A stretch of DNA of 63,833 bases, the filler included, from Sluysia triapertura (Eukaryota), in the NCBI GenBank assembly GCA_046118255.1. It is 5 parts of 5 records of this genome, joined end to end, with 100 filler letters (N's around TTAATTAATTAA, not from the genome) between each part and the next. Parts side by side here need not be neighbours in the genome. Positions count along the whole stretch, not along the records: positions 1 to 15,150 come from JBJNIA010231899.1; 4 more parts are not named here. One strand, given 5' to 3'. How positions within the stretch are numbered: the stretch's first letter is position 1; every line of letters begins with the position of its first letter. Shown piece by piece: positions 1 to 10,732 of this stretch. The notes beneath the pieces were generated by a model. It saw only the letters and a program-made list of their open reading frames with translations, did not search any database and was not told where the DNA came from. Both the position numbers and the translations under genes were made by a program.

Positions 1-257
1 AGTCATTATTGTTATATAATATGATTATCAAGTAATAACTTTTATAATAATTTTCATAATAAATTTCAACATCAACATTTCAGTATTAATAAACATAATA
101 ACCATGTTATTGATATCATTATTATTATTATTCCTTTTATCCTTATTATCAATCCGTCTCTCTATTTTTTTGTTTTTTTTTCAATGTTTTTCCCCAATAC
201 GACACAAATTATAAGTAGCAAGTAAACGCTTAAAACATCATTACAAAACACAATCAA

Positions 258-616
258 AAATGATGCCAGTGAGATGAAATGGATCAAAAACATAATATTT
301 TTATGGAGAGCAGAAATATTTTATCATGTGTCAATTATGTAAAGGTATGGTTCCAACAGATACGCAGCTCTTTAAGTCACTGCCTACAACATTATCGAAA
401 AGGCTGGAAATTTCATTGTCGGATTGTTTAAAGGAACAATTCGTTGATTTTGTTTCAGATAAAAAATGTTGCTGTTGTTATAAGGAAGAATATACCCAAT
501 GCGTGTCTCAAATTATAAAATCGCCGATGTATCTAGTTATTTATTTAAATCGTGGTGCTTTTAAAATCACAGATGCAAAAAATGAAACATTAATTTCCAC
601 CACCAAAAATAGATAA
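258..616 (+). pseudogene. Ubiquitin-specific protease (peptidase C19) fragment
   Basis: NDASE (QDAxE-like) in another frame, then FYGEQKYFIMCQLC...SLSDCLKEQF...CCCC...IIKSPMYLVIYLNR, matching the USP finger region. Frameshifted; no Cys box or His box seen. Confidence 0.6.
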
Positions 617-776
617 AAATACTGAGATCCAAAACATATAGAAATTATATTTACTTACAATTCGATAACACAATTTACTACAAACCAAATAAATACTAAT
701 TTGATTATTTTTAATAATTTTTATGATATTACTATAACTAAATCAATAATTGATGCTTTAAGATTTTATTAAAATA

Positions 777-1546
777 ATGACTGTTTTAGTCCCTATCGCA
801 CTGTCTGTAATGAAGTTATGGACTTATATTTATGAAGTAATTACTTGGCCAATATACACTATATTTCAATCTACAGACAATTTGGCACCAATTGATTCAA
901 ATGAAAGATCAGGAATTTTATTTTCTAAGTCTGTTATTGATAATGCTCCATCAAGTCCATGGAGAAATGTAGAAGCTATAAATGAGTTGTCAAGATCAAT
1001 AGTTCCAAATGGGGAAACGTTGGATGTTTTGTTTTATTATTCATCAAAAAATGGTCCAACATCGTGCTTTGGGCACTAGAAAACTTATTAAAAATGAAAT
1101 GGAAAAGCAACTGAATGGAAAATTGTTTAAAAAGTTAAAATTAGAAAAATATTACTGGGAATCATATGAACAAGTTGATCAAAGAATACAAAATTTGGGT
1201 AAAGGTCTATTAAAAATTGGTTTAAAGTATGGTGTGGATAATGTATTGTTGTTTGAAGAAACACGCGCAGAATGGATGATAGCAGCTCAAGCATGTTTTC
1301 TATTTAATTTTCCATCATGGAAGATGCTATTGTTCACGGTATTAATGAATCAGAAACTAATACAGTGATTACAAGTGATGAATTACTACCAAAGCTTGAT
1401 TCAGTTATTATCAATTCCTTAAAGTTAAAACAGCTATATTTTCTGGATTAACATCAAAAATTTGTTGTACCTGGTACAAATATGATTAAAAGATCCATGA
1501 TGCATTTGAAAACAATACGCGAAATAGTATCAAATCATTGCTTATA
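777..1546 (+). pseudogene. Long-chain acyl-CoA synthetase ACSL3/4-like 5' fragment, disrupted
   Basis: YEVITWPIY, ETLDVLFYYS, ALGTRKLIKNEMEKQLNGKLFKKLKLEKYYWESYEQV, LFEETRAEWMIAAQACF, then EDAIVHGINESET in a shifted frame. Frameshifts near 1060 and 1317, loss of the VTxYATLG segment, in-frame TAA near 1449, truncated before the AMP-binding motif. Confidence 0.85.
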
Positions 1547-2753
1547 GAAATTGTTAAAAATTTTGGAAGATGTTCTAGTGGATGCACAAAACCACGTAAT
1601 TTTATTATTATTTACTATTTGTCTATTTTGTTCTTTTTATTTGTTCATGATTAATAAAACGACAAATTTTGTTAGCGTTTTAAGTTCTTTGTTACAGGCC
1701 TTATGCCTATTTTGTTACAAATTGTTAAATTAATGTTAAGATGTTTTCGTTTAATTAAAGATCGTATAATTAAAATTATTTTTAATAAAATTTTGAAAGT
1801 AAGTAAAAATAATAATAATTTTTGTAAATTTGAATTTTTCTTGCCCTCCACACAGAAACTATGTAAATTAATGATTATACAAAATAACAAAATCGCTTTT
1901 TTTCTAATGTGTATTATACTAAATTATGCAAGATTTTTGAAGAAATATAATATAAAGAATAAAATTATTGCGTTGATTAACTATTGGAGTTAATCCTTTA
2001 TCTTAAAATAAAATTTAAATGAATTTTACGTAGGAATCGTTAAAGGATTCCGTATGTCGTTAAAATAGATTTTAAGTTGGATTTTACGTGTGATACTCAA
2101 CGGTATGAAGCCTTACAAAAATAAACTAACGTTTAAATTACTCACATTAATCAATTTGTAATTGTTCCCGAGACGAGGTATTGATGCTTATGATCCTCAA
2201 CGAAGAGAAGATTTAAAATTTTTGAAACTCTTTATGTCGCGCTAATTGAATAAAAAATGTATGAGTGTAAAATTTTTTTTTAATATATACGTTTTTTAGT
2301 GGCCTTGAAGCCATTTAAAACAAGAAATAATTTATAAATTAAATGTTTCCGTAAATTAATATTTTTCTGTAAATTTTTACAAATTAATAAATACTTACAT
2401 TATTAAAAGAATTAAACTTCAGTTTAATCAAAAACAAACAAAATGTTTCCAGAAATTAGAAATATAAATTATAATAATCAAAAAATAATCAATAAATCGA
2501 TCAATTATTATTAGTCATAATAATAAGTTATAATTTGAATAGTACGTTAATAATACATCAATAAACATTAATAAAACTTAGTCATCACATTATAATTATA
2601 ATTATAATAATAATAATTATTATTACTTTGTCATCGCGAGTATCTAAATTCATAAAAAATACTCTGAAAGTATTTATAAGCCTTTAAGATCACTTAAAAG
2701 AAGAAAATTATTTTTTGCACAAGAAAATTCGCTTCTAAAAATAGAATAAATGC

Positions 2754-2776
2754 TTCTAGAATGTTCTACAACATTC
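2754..2776. promoter_or_regulatory. Heat-shock-element-like array (TTCnnGAAnnTTC), possibly inside a solo LTR
   Basis: TTC ta GAA tg TTC ta cAA ca TTC, followed by TATATGA and TCAGT within about 45 nt. Confidence 0.35.
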
Positions 2777-2989
2777 CATCGATTCTCATTGTCGGATGCC
2801 TAGTATATGAATTAGCATCAGTATAGTGAGAATTTTTTAGTCGAATTAACAAGGATTCTACAAGCATTAGCGATCAGTTTGGAAGAAATTGTGCTTTTAA
2901 TATTTTTATTTTCCCAAACTATTGAATTAGAACTAAATAAATTCGAAATCTCAATATATTCTTTATCTTATTACAAAATTACAACTAAA

Positions 2990-3091
2990 ATATTCTTTAT
3001 AACAACAAGGATACAATTTATCCTTTATAACAATAACAATACAAATTACTCTTTATAACAATAACCGTACAAATTATTCTTTATAACAATA
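2990..3091. repeat. About 29-bp minisatellite, 3.5-4 copies
   Basis: Unit approximately TCTTTATAACAATAACAATACAAATTAT. Confidence 0.85.
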
Positions 3092-4684
3092 TGAATTATT
3101 GTTCACTGACAAATATCTACCAGAGGTGACACAACTTATTTAAATTTTCGCACAAAATTTAATAATACAAAATTATTATTAATATAAAATAATTCACTAA
3201 CCATTATTTCTCTTACTCTAAATATTTATTTTAATTAATTACTAAAGAATAAGCCTTGATATCACCGTTAACCGCTGATGAAATAAGAGTGCATCCCTAT
3301 AGCTAAAAAGTCTTCTTTAATTTTCTTAACTTTTGCCTCTATCAGTATTTTCTTCTGATTTTATTGCAGTTTTATGACAATTAGTGAAATTAGAAATCAG
3401 AAATTGAAGAAGACAGAAATTAAAGCTGTCGACTAATTTCGCTGATTAAATGTCGACAGCAATTTCCAACTATATACAACTTCATTATCATTCTAATTAT
3501 CTAAAAATAATGGTATTTATGGTAAACAACCTCCTTATCTTCTTAATATCATCTAATTAAAATTTAAAACCATTGTTACATTGCTTTTAGAATAATAACG
3601 TAATTTTTCTCAACTTAATTTAAGGATAACATTTATGAAATAATAAATTTATTTATCACAGGAGTATTTTGTATTAATACGTTGTGAGTCAACCATATGT
3701 CGCATATCAAGTTCAATAACATATTTGAATTAATCTCTCTATAAATATCACTTTGATATATTTTTTATTAATACTGAAACATCGAAACATAGTTAACTTT
3801 AATTTTAAATTATAAAAATTATTTAAAATAACTAATTTTTACTTTATCTACGTTGACGTGCTTTGCAATACTTAATCATTAATAATAAAACTCAATATTA
3901 TACACTAAATCCAATATCAGTAAATCATATTTTATTGAGTTTTCAAATTAAAAAAATTTTAATTAAGTTAATTAACAAATGTACTTTAATATTTTAACAA
4001 ATAAATTTTGTAAAGGGTTGTTTCTTCATATTTCTCATTATTTTGTTTTAATTTAAGTATTTTATATGCTTATCTTATCATTACAGTTCATCATATTACT
4101 CCATTCTAATTCTTTAATAATATTGAACTTATTCTGTTATCTTGAGTCTTGACCCTTATGTTGAGATAAATGATGATGATTAAATTTAAGGTTATTCATT
4201 ACATTCGTTTGATTAAAGTTAAAACAGTTATTTAGTCTTAGATTAAAAGAGTATTCATTGAATTAAATTAAAATTACGTATTGAAAATTATATCTTTAAA
4301 GTTTTGTGAAAAATGTAAGAAGTAAGATTCACATAAAATTTTATTTATAAAAATTTTAAGTGTTTAACACTGTCTTCTGTACGTGTCTCCAGTGTAGTTA
4401 CAGGTTCCGCTATCTGAAGAACAAACATAATTTATAATATTATCACAATAAGGAAAAGAATTAATTACTTTTTGATAGTCTATGATCAAGTGATCGTGGT
4501 CAATAAACTAAAGCTCTTGACTAGTTCGGTAATTCTAAAAGAATGAGAATTGTAACTTGAATTGTTTACCTTGATGCACCGCAAACCTAGTGGGGGAACT
4601 TCCATTCTTTATGCATAAAACTATATTTATCAGTAGCGAATAGACAAAAGGCAATCATGTTAATTTTGTAATAATCATGTTGCT

Positions 4685-5058
4685 ACCGTTAACTTCATGA
4701 TAATCATTATTGTTACCTTTAACTTTATAATCATCATTATACTCTTTAACCTCATTGTTATTATATTTATGATTTTTAACTTTATGCTAATCATCTTTAT
4801 AATAATTAGGTCATTAACTTCATGATCTTTGACTTCATAATCATCACTTTATAGTCTTAAAACTCATTGTTAGCATCTTTATAATCTTTGTAATATTTAA
4901 CTTTATGATCATCATCTTTATAGTCTGTAACCTCATTATCATCATCTTTATAATCTTTAACTTTATAGTCATCATTTTTATAATCGTTAACTTTGGTAAT
5001 CAACATCTTTATAGTCTTTAAGAACATCGTTGTCGTTTATGGATTTATTTTCAGAATC
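4685..5058 (-). pseudogene. Decayed 30-bp coding minisatellite encoding (K/T)DYKDDDxxV repeats
   Basis: Minus strand reads KVNDYKNDDYKVKDYKDDDNEVTDYKDDDHKVKYYKDYKDANNE. About 10-11 units, with frameshifts and stops. Confidence 0.7.
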
Positions 5059-5704
5059 AAATTTCTGGTAACTTTTAGATTTAGGAGACAACATCAATAA
5101 GTTTATATTATCTTTAATATTCAATTTTTACAATTTTTTAGAAATGCCAGATATTTGTAGTTAAAGTCTTCACAAAAATTATTTTTTAAATTGTGATTGT
5201 AAATTTTTCAAATTAATTTTTAGAAAATAAAAATGTTGTGTGTACAACCAATCAAATCCACACCTGCGTGTCTGACTTTGTTTTTCAGTTAAATATAGCA
5301 ACAAATTTTTATCTCGTCGTATTATTGTGTCCATAAGTAACATTTGCATACCATGACCATTGATTGGTCATCCAAGCTACAGTTATTTTTGCTCTGGTTG
5401 GATGACCAGTAAAAGTAGAGAAAACAATTAAAAGGAGTGCACTTATTTAGAGATGAGCCACCATTAATGTTGACGTAAATTTATACATAGTGATTAGAGA
5501 TGTTACATTGATGGTGGTAACTGGTGATTTGTATAAAATTTTTCGCTTTAAAAATTGAAATGATAATAATAACACTAATGATAAAAATGGTAATAATAAT
5601 ACACAATCTTATTATTATTATTATCATTACTATAAAATTTACATAAATTCTTATAATAAACTGTACATGATTTTTCTTTGTAATCTTTGCCTTCTAAACA
5701 TATT

Positions 5705-6302
5705 AGACTTTTTAAAAAAATGAAGCTTATGGAAATGTGGATTAGTGATGTTAAGGCTTGAAGATATAAGATAATGCGTAAAGCCTTATAATATAACTTT
5801 TAATTGCTGATTTCTAGGTTTGAGTAAGTTTTAGATAATTGAGCCTAGTGTTCGAGATGGAATAATGTTTCTGACTGAAAGTGTTAATAGATCATGAGTT
5901 ATTATTATGTTATAGAGGTGTAGTTTAATGTATAAAAGTAGTGATGTCTTTATGTGTTGAGACTTATGTGATGCATATCATAAATTTGGAATGTTTGAAT
6001 TAGTTTGAAGATAGCAGGTGGTTAATTTCGAATAGGATTTTGATTGAATTGTTAAAACATGAAGATTTGAAATCTTTTGATAAAAAGGTTTATTTTGGTG
6101 AATGTGAAAACAGTTGCAGTATATAAATGGTTGCGAAGACTTTTTTAAAGTTTTTATGTGGTGTTAAGACGAGTATGATTTTAATTATATTAGATTAAAT
6201 TGTGAATTTGGAAATAAAGTTGTTGATCTTGGGATGATTGTTATGAAAAATCTGGATTATAAATTTTAATAAAATTGTTAAGGTTACTTGTTGGCCACCA
6301 CA
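5705..6302 (+). mobile_element. Solo-LTR-like element, copy A (G/T-rich, ends GGCCACCACA)
   Basis: Alignable by eye with 16985-17369 (AGGTGGTTAATTTCGAAT vs GGGTGGCTAATTACGAAT and flanks). AATAAA lies shortly before the CA terminus. Left boundary approximate. Confidence 0.6.
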
Positions 6303-7803
6303 CCTTACATCTACCTTTATCCTTCACCAATCCCAACAAAATTTTCACTGACCAATTCCATCTTAAACGTAAGTTCTTTTTATATGATGATACTAATTTT
6401 AAGTAAAAAATTATTATCGTAAAATACGTGTAAACTTCATTTTATAAAGAAAAATTAAGTTTCCCGATACATTGAAGGGCAAAATACAGGTAATCTAAAT
6501 TATAAATTAAAAAATTAAAGGCTAGAATAGCTCTAATTTTAATATTTAAAACGTTCTTATATTTTCTCTTACTCTTATTTTATAATTCAAAAATCGTGTA
6601 ATTCTATTTTAATTTGACTAATAAAGTTTTTGGATTTATAGTTTTCATTTCATTGTTAGTTGTATTAACCTTTACTTAGAGATAAAATAATTATCTTTAA
6701 CAAATACAAAGACCCTTAGTCATTATAACGAGCATTAGTGCATTTATTAGTGCATTAAAATCAAAGGTTTTATTAACTTATTAAGTTGCAGGAACGCCAC
6801 TATGAATTTAATGTAACCGTACCCTGCTCAAAACTATTTTTCCGTAGGTTAAAAAATAGTTCCCTGAGTTTTTTTGAATTCTTTTCAGATAATATAAATA
6901 CGTTTTATTCACTTTAGCAAATCGTGCTACAAGCGTAACAAAATTTTAAGATTTGAACACTTATATTTAATTTCATCTCAAGCGAGTCATAAAGTGCAGT
7001 ATATAAATACACAGAATAGTTTGTTCATTATGTTTTAAATAAACCTTAATTTATTTATTTAAATATCTTTATAAAATGCCAAATTTATTAAATGTAAATC
7101 ATTTGTAACATAAAATAACAAACAATTAAAAAAATAAAAACAAAAAAATCAATTTTTATAATTATTTTTAATCGTAACTAATGAAAGTTAATACTAAAAT
7201 TAACTACAATGAAGCTTTAGATTGTTTTAATTTTTTGAAGTATTTTATGTAAATTTTTAGAATTTGTATTTGTTTTAATTCATGATTTATGTGATTGTTA
7301 CATTAATTGTATCTAAATTTCGGTCTTTAAAAAACAAAATTATTATCAAAAAAATTTAACATTCAAATTAAATAAAAATTTAGAAATCTAAAGCACTAAA
7401 ATACTTAACGCACCAAAATATTTACAATAGAAATGTTTATTTTATTTCAAAATTCTGACATTATAATAAAAAATAAAGAAAAATAATTAATAGTAATAAT
7501 TATTGTTGTCATTCATTCAGGAAAATAATATTATTGCAACATTCCCTAATTTAAATGTAATTCTGAGAATTTAATTAACCCTTCCAATAAGCAATGCAAA
7601 CTTTGAAGTTGAAATTAGTTTGATGTACTAATTTGATGTTGAAATGGCTTTTATATATTTAATTTTAGTTAAAATATCTATAAACTTTTCTTTGATATCT
7701 TTAAAATGGGATAGGAAATTAAAATATATAACTATTAATTTGAAGCTTTCGCTTTTGTAAGTTATAATTACGATTAAATTTAATCTAACTAAATCACATC
7801 AGC

Positions 7804-9084
7804 TTATTTTAATAAAAAGGTCAAAATAAAACAATTAATATTAATTTTATTTACTTCAAATATAAAAAATTTATGCACATTAAAAGTTGTAGTTTCAAAC
7901 ATGATATTTGGTGAACAGTTTGCATTGCAGAAGTCTTGATTATTCTCCGGCTGTGGATTTCTAAAATAAAAGGGATAAAAATCAAATAGTAAACGGATAT
8001 AAAAGAATAAAATTACTTCAAACTCAAAGTTATCTGTACCGTTAATGAATTGACTAGTATCATCAACAACGTGTCTAGCCATGATTAAATTATTTACCCG
8101 TTGTGCATGATCATGAATTTCGTTAGAAATAATATCAATATAACTAATTTCATTGATATTATGATAGAAGACGTCAAATGGTCCGAATTTAATACATTGA
8201 TTCATTTCATTCAACTGAAATGGGTATTGTGCTGTTCTAAATAGTTCATAATTCTGTTGGACCAAAAAGGAATCGGTTAGAGATGAGATTGTCGTAGTAA
8301 TAAGTTTGTGACACTAAGTTCTATTGAAGTATCTGTTGTGATTTTACAATGACGTGCCTAGGCATTGTACGTATCGAAATCTGATATATTTGTAATAACA
8401 TTCATATTTATCTTTTGTAGAGTCATATCTATATACACAAACTTCGTTAAGGTAACAAGGAATACTTGGTGAGTAAAGTGTAACACAAATTTTAGCCACA
8501 AAGTCAGAATCTAATTCTAAATTATTAATTTCTTTTAAAATTATGTATAACTCAACCGCAAAATTATGAAATATCTTGAACATTTTTTTATTGTTATTCA
8601 CTTCTATTGTAACAAGGGTTAAAGACTGCGTAAATCGACTAACTTTTGAAAAAGAAGATGCATTGTTCTTCATTAAATTTTTATGTATGAATTTGACAAA
8701 AATACGATGCCACGATGATTTAAGAAGTTTCAAACGTACGTTAAATGGTAATTCATTAATTCGTATGATATGCTGACTGAAAGTGATTATATAATTTAGA
8801 GCCGTCAACCAAATATCTACGACTACTTTTAGTGCTTCTGATGGAAAATTGAAACTATTCGATACTGGAATTCTCATCAGCATGTAACCTGCTGAAAAGC
8901 TCCTTGATTTATAACTAAGGACATTAGTAGAACAAGGCATAATATGATCACTGTTGATAGCAATGTACTTTCGACATTGCAGACGAATCTAAAAGACTAA
9001 AGGATGAATCGCTTGTATTTTGTCTAATTTGAGTTGGAAATTCGCGATTGTTTGAAGCAGAATATGATCTAGATGATAAATTCA
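7804..9084 (-). pseudogene. Divergent nuclear hormone receptor ligand-binding domain, disrupted
   Basis: FSQHIIRINELPFNVRLKLLKSSWHRIFV matches the LBD signature (F/W)AKxxxxFxxLxxxDQxxLLxxxWxELF; also LKEINNLELD. ORFs 8344-8940 and 7804-8265 are in the same frame, separated by TAA and TAG. Frameshift near 8970. No C4 zinc fingers seen. Confidence 0.6.
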
Positions 9085-9671
9085 TTAGAGATAAAATAAT
9101 AAAATGATAAAATAACATTTTAGATCTTGGATAAGAATAAGCAAATTGAAAATTTATAGGTTTTATTTCATTGTGTTCAGACGCTAAAAGATCACATGAA
9201 AAACTTGATATATTTTGCTATTTAAATTGTACGAATTGTCATAATTACTATTAACTTTGACTAATTTATTGAGTTCTTTTGATTTAATGAGAAACATAGA
9301 AGAATTACTAATTAACGACAATAGTTAGATATTGCAATTTGTTTAAAAATTTTCAATGATAACCAATGGTGAAATATGTAACAAAACTAATTAAATATCT
9401 GTCTAGTATATTGACTTTTTTACAGAGCTAAATCATTAATTTTTATATTTCTTAACCATTTTTTAATTCCGAATTGTTTGAGAGTTCCATGTAGAAAATC
9501 AATAGCAATTAGATGTCCAATAAAACGACCAAAAACAATGTAAACTAATAATATTGATTGGACATCCAATGAAATTAGATATTTTAATAGATGTGTGACT
9601 GTATTGCTGCATTAAAAGAGTAGATGTAATGACACCAAATAAATTCTGGTTTTATTGATTACATACTTAGC

Positions 9672-9744
9672 AACTGTCATTAGCCGACAGTTTACCAAGT
9701 GGTGTGAACTAATTTTAATTACAACTTTCGGCTAATGACAAGTT
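9672..9744. repeat. Inverted repeat / hairpin
   Basis: AACTGTCATTAGCCGACAGTT ... AACTTTCGGCTAATGACAAGTT; near-perfect arms of about 20 bp with a 30-nt spacer. Confidence 0.8.
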
Positions 9745-9969
9745 AGATGAGAAGTAAAAGTACCAATACTGATCAGAGCAACAATAATGACAGTAATGTT
9801 AATAATAATTATGACGATAATGAAATAAAATTAATAATAATAATTATAAAATGCATAAATGCATGATCTTAATTTTTTTACAAATAAAAATTTCTTGACA
9901 TAAAATGAAATAAAATTCTTTTTAAATTCCTTACTTAAAATTAATTTAAATTAAGTTCTTTTGATTACA

Positions 9970-10326
9970 ATGTTTTAAATTGATTCTGAAATGTGATTTT
10001 AATGTTTTTCGATGATATACAAGATTGAGTATTGAAGGATTGTTAACTTGGACTGTTTTGGAATGGACTGTTTTCTATGATAATTTAAGATGTAAATTGT
10101 TATTCGAGTGTTGTAAAATTGTGGGTTAAAACGTGTTGACTGAAATTTGAAATGTGCATTAATGGTTTGCATGTAAGAATACTTTTGATGTTATAATTTT
10201 ATGAATTTAACTGTTTTGAAATGTAAAACAAAGGTTTTGATGGATTCTGAAAAATTAAAATGTAAAATGTTAGTAAATGTAATGAAATAATGACTTAAAT
10301 TTTAAATAAAAAGGTTGGCCACCACA
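9970..10326 (+). mobile_element. Solo-LTR-like element, copy B
   Basis: G/T-rich tract ending AATAAAAAGGTTGGCCACCACA, the same terminus as copy A. It abuts the hAT transposase remnant. Confidence 0.6.
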
Positions 10327-10732
10327 CAAGCGGTGGAAGATCATACTCAGTAATGTCGGAATAAAAGATTTTTTAAGATCCACATTAGGCCAACTAAAAT
10401 TAAATAATTTATCATTATTTTATACAGAAAAGGAGTTATTAAATAACTCTAATAATTATGATAAACTGATTGATGAGTTTGCAGAATTAAAAGTGAGAAA
10501 AAAGGTAATATAACTAATCAATCTGGGTATATTTGTTTAAGTATTATTGTTTGTTTTAATAAATTGTTTATTTTATTTTTGTACATGTAAATTATTTTTG
10601 TCCTTTTTTTTGTCTTGGGATCCGTTAATTAAATAGAACTACATACTATGTACTTTAAAACAAAACTACCAAACTCAAAGTATATGTCATGACTGAAAAA
10701 TAGGCCCGGAATTACAATGTTGTCTAGGGTCT
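10327..10732 (+). mobile_element. hAT (Tip100/ZMYM1-like) transposase C-terminal dimerisation domain remnant and probable right end
   Basis: SGGRSYSVMS / IKDFLRSTLGQLKLNNLSLFYTEKE...YDKLIDEFAELKVRKK* matches the hATC motif ERSFSxLKxIKxYLRSTMxQxRLNxL...IIxxFAxxKxR. One frameshift. GGCCC...CTAGGGTCTG subterminal/terminal motif at 10703-10732. Confidence 0.8.

Noticed and set aside
1551-1993. Short hydrophobic or Lys/Ile/Asn-rich ORFs here and throughout the window
   Set aside because: Expected by chance in very AT-rich DNA; no motifs or splice support.
2990-3091. 29-bp repeats as a CRISPR array
   Set aside because: Head-to-tail with no unique spacers, eukaryotic context, no cas genes.
5452-5465. 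GAGCCACCA motif as another LTR end
   Set aside because: Lacks the upstream G/T-rich tract and lies in coding-like sequence.
6291-6302. CCACCA motif read as a tRNA 3' end/primer-binding site or as integrase WWP codons
   Set aside because: No adjacent tRNA body or reading frame; the copy at 35679 is clearly an LTR terminus.
8266-8346. In-frame TAA/TAG within coding-like frames, suggesting stop-codon reassignment
   Set aside because: The same relics also carry frameshifts and deletions, the intact exons contain no internal TAA/TAG, and the Ph-like gene ends with TAA right after SAM.
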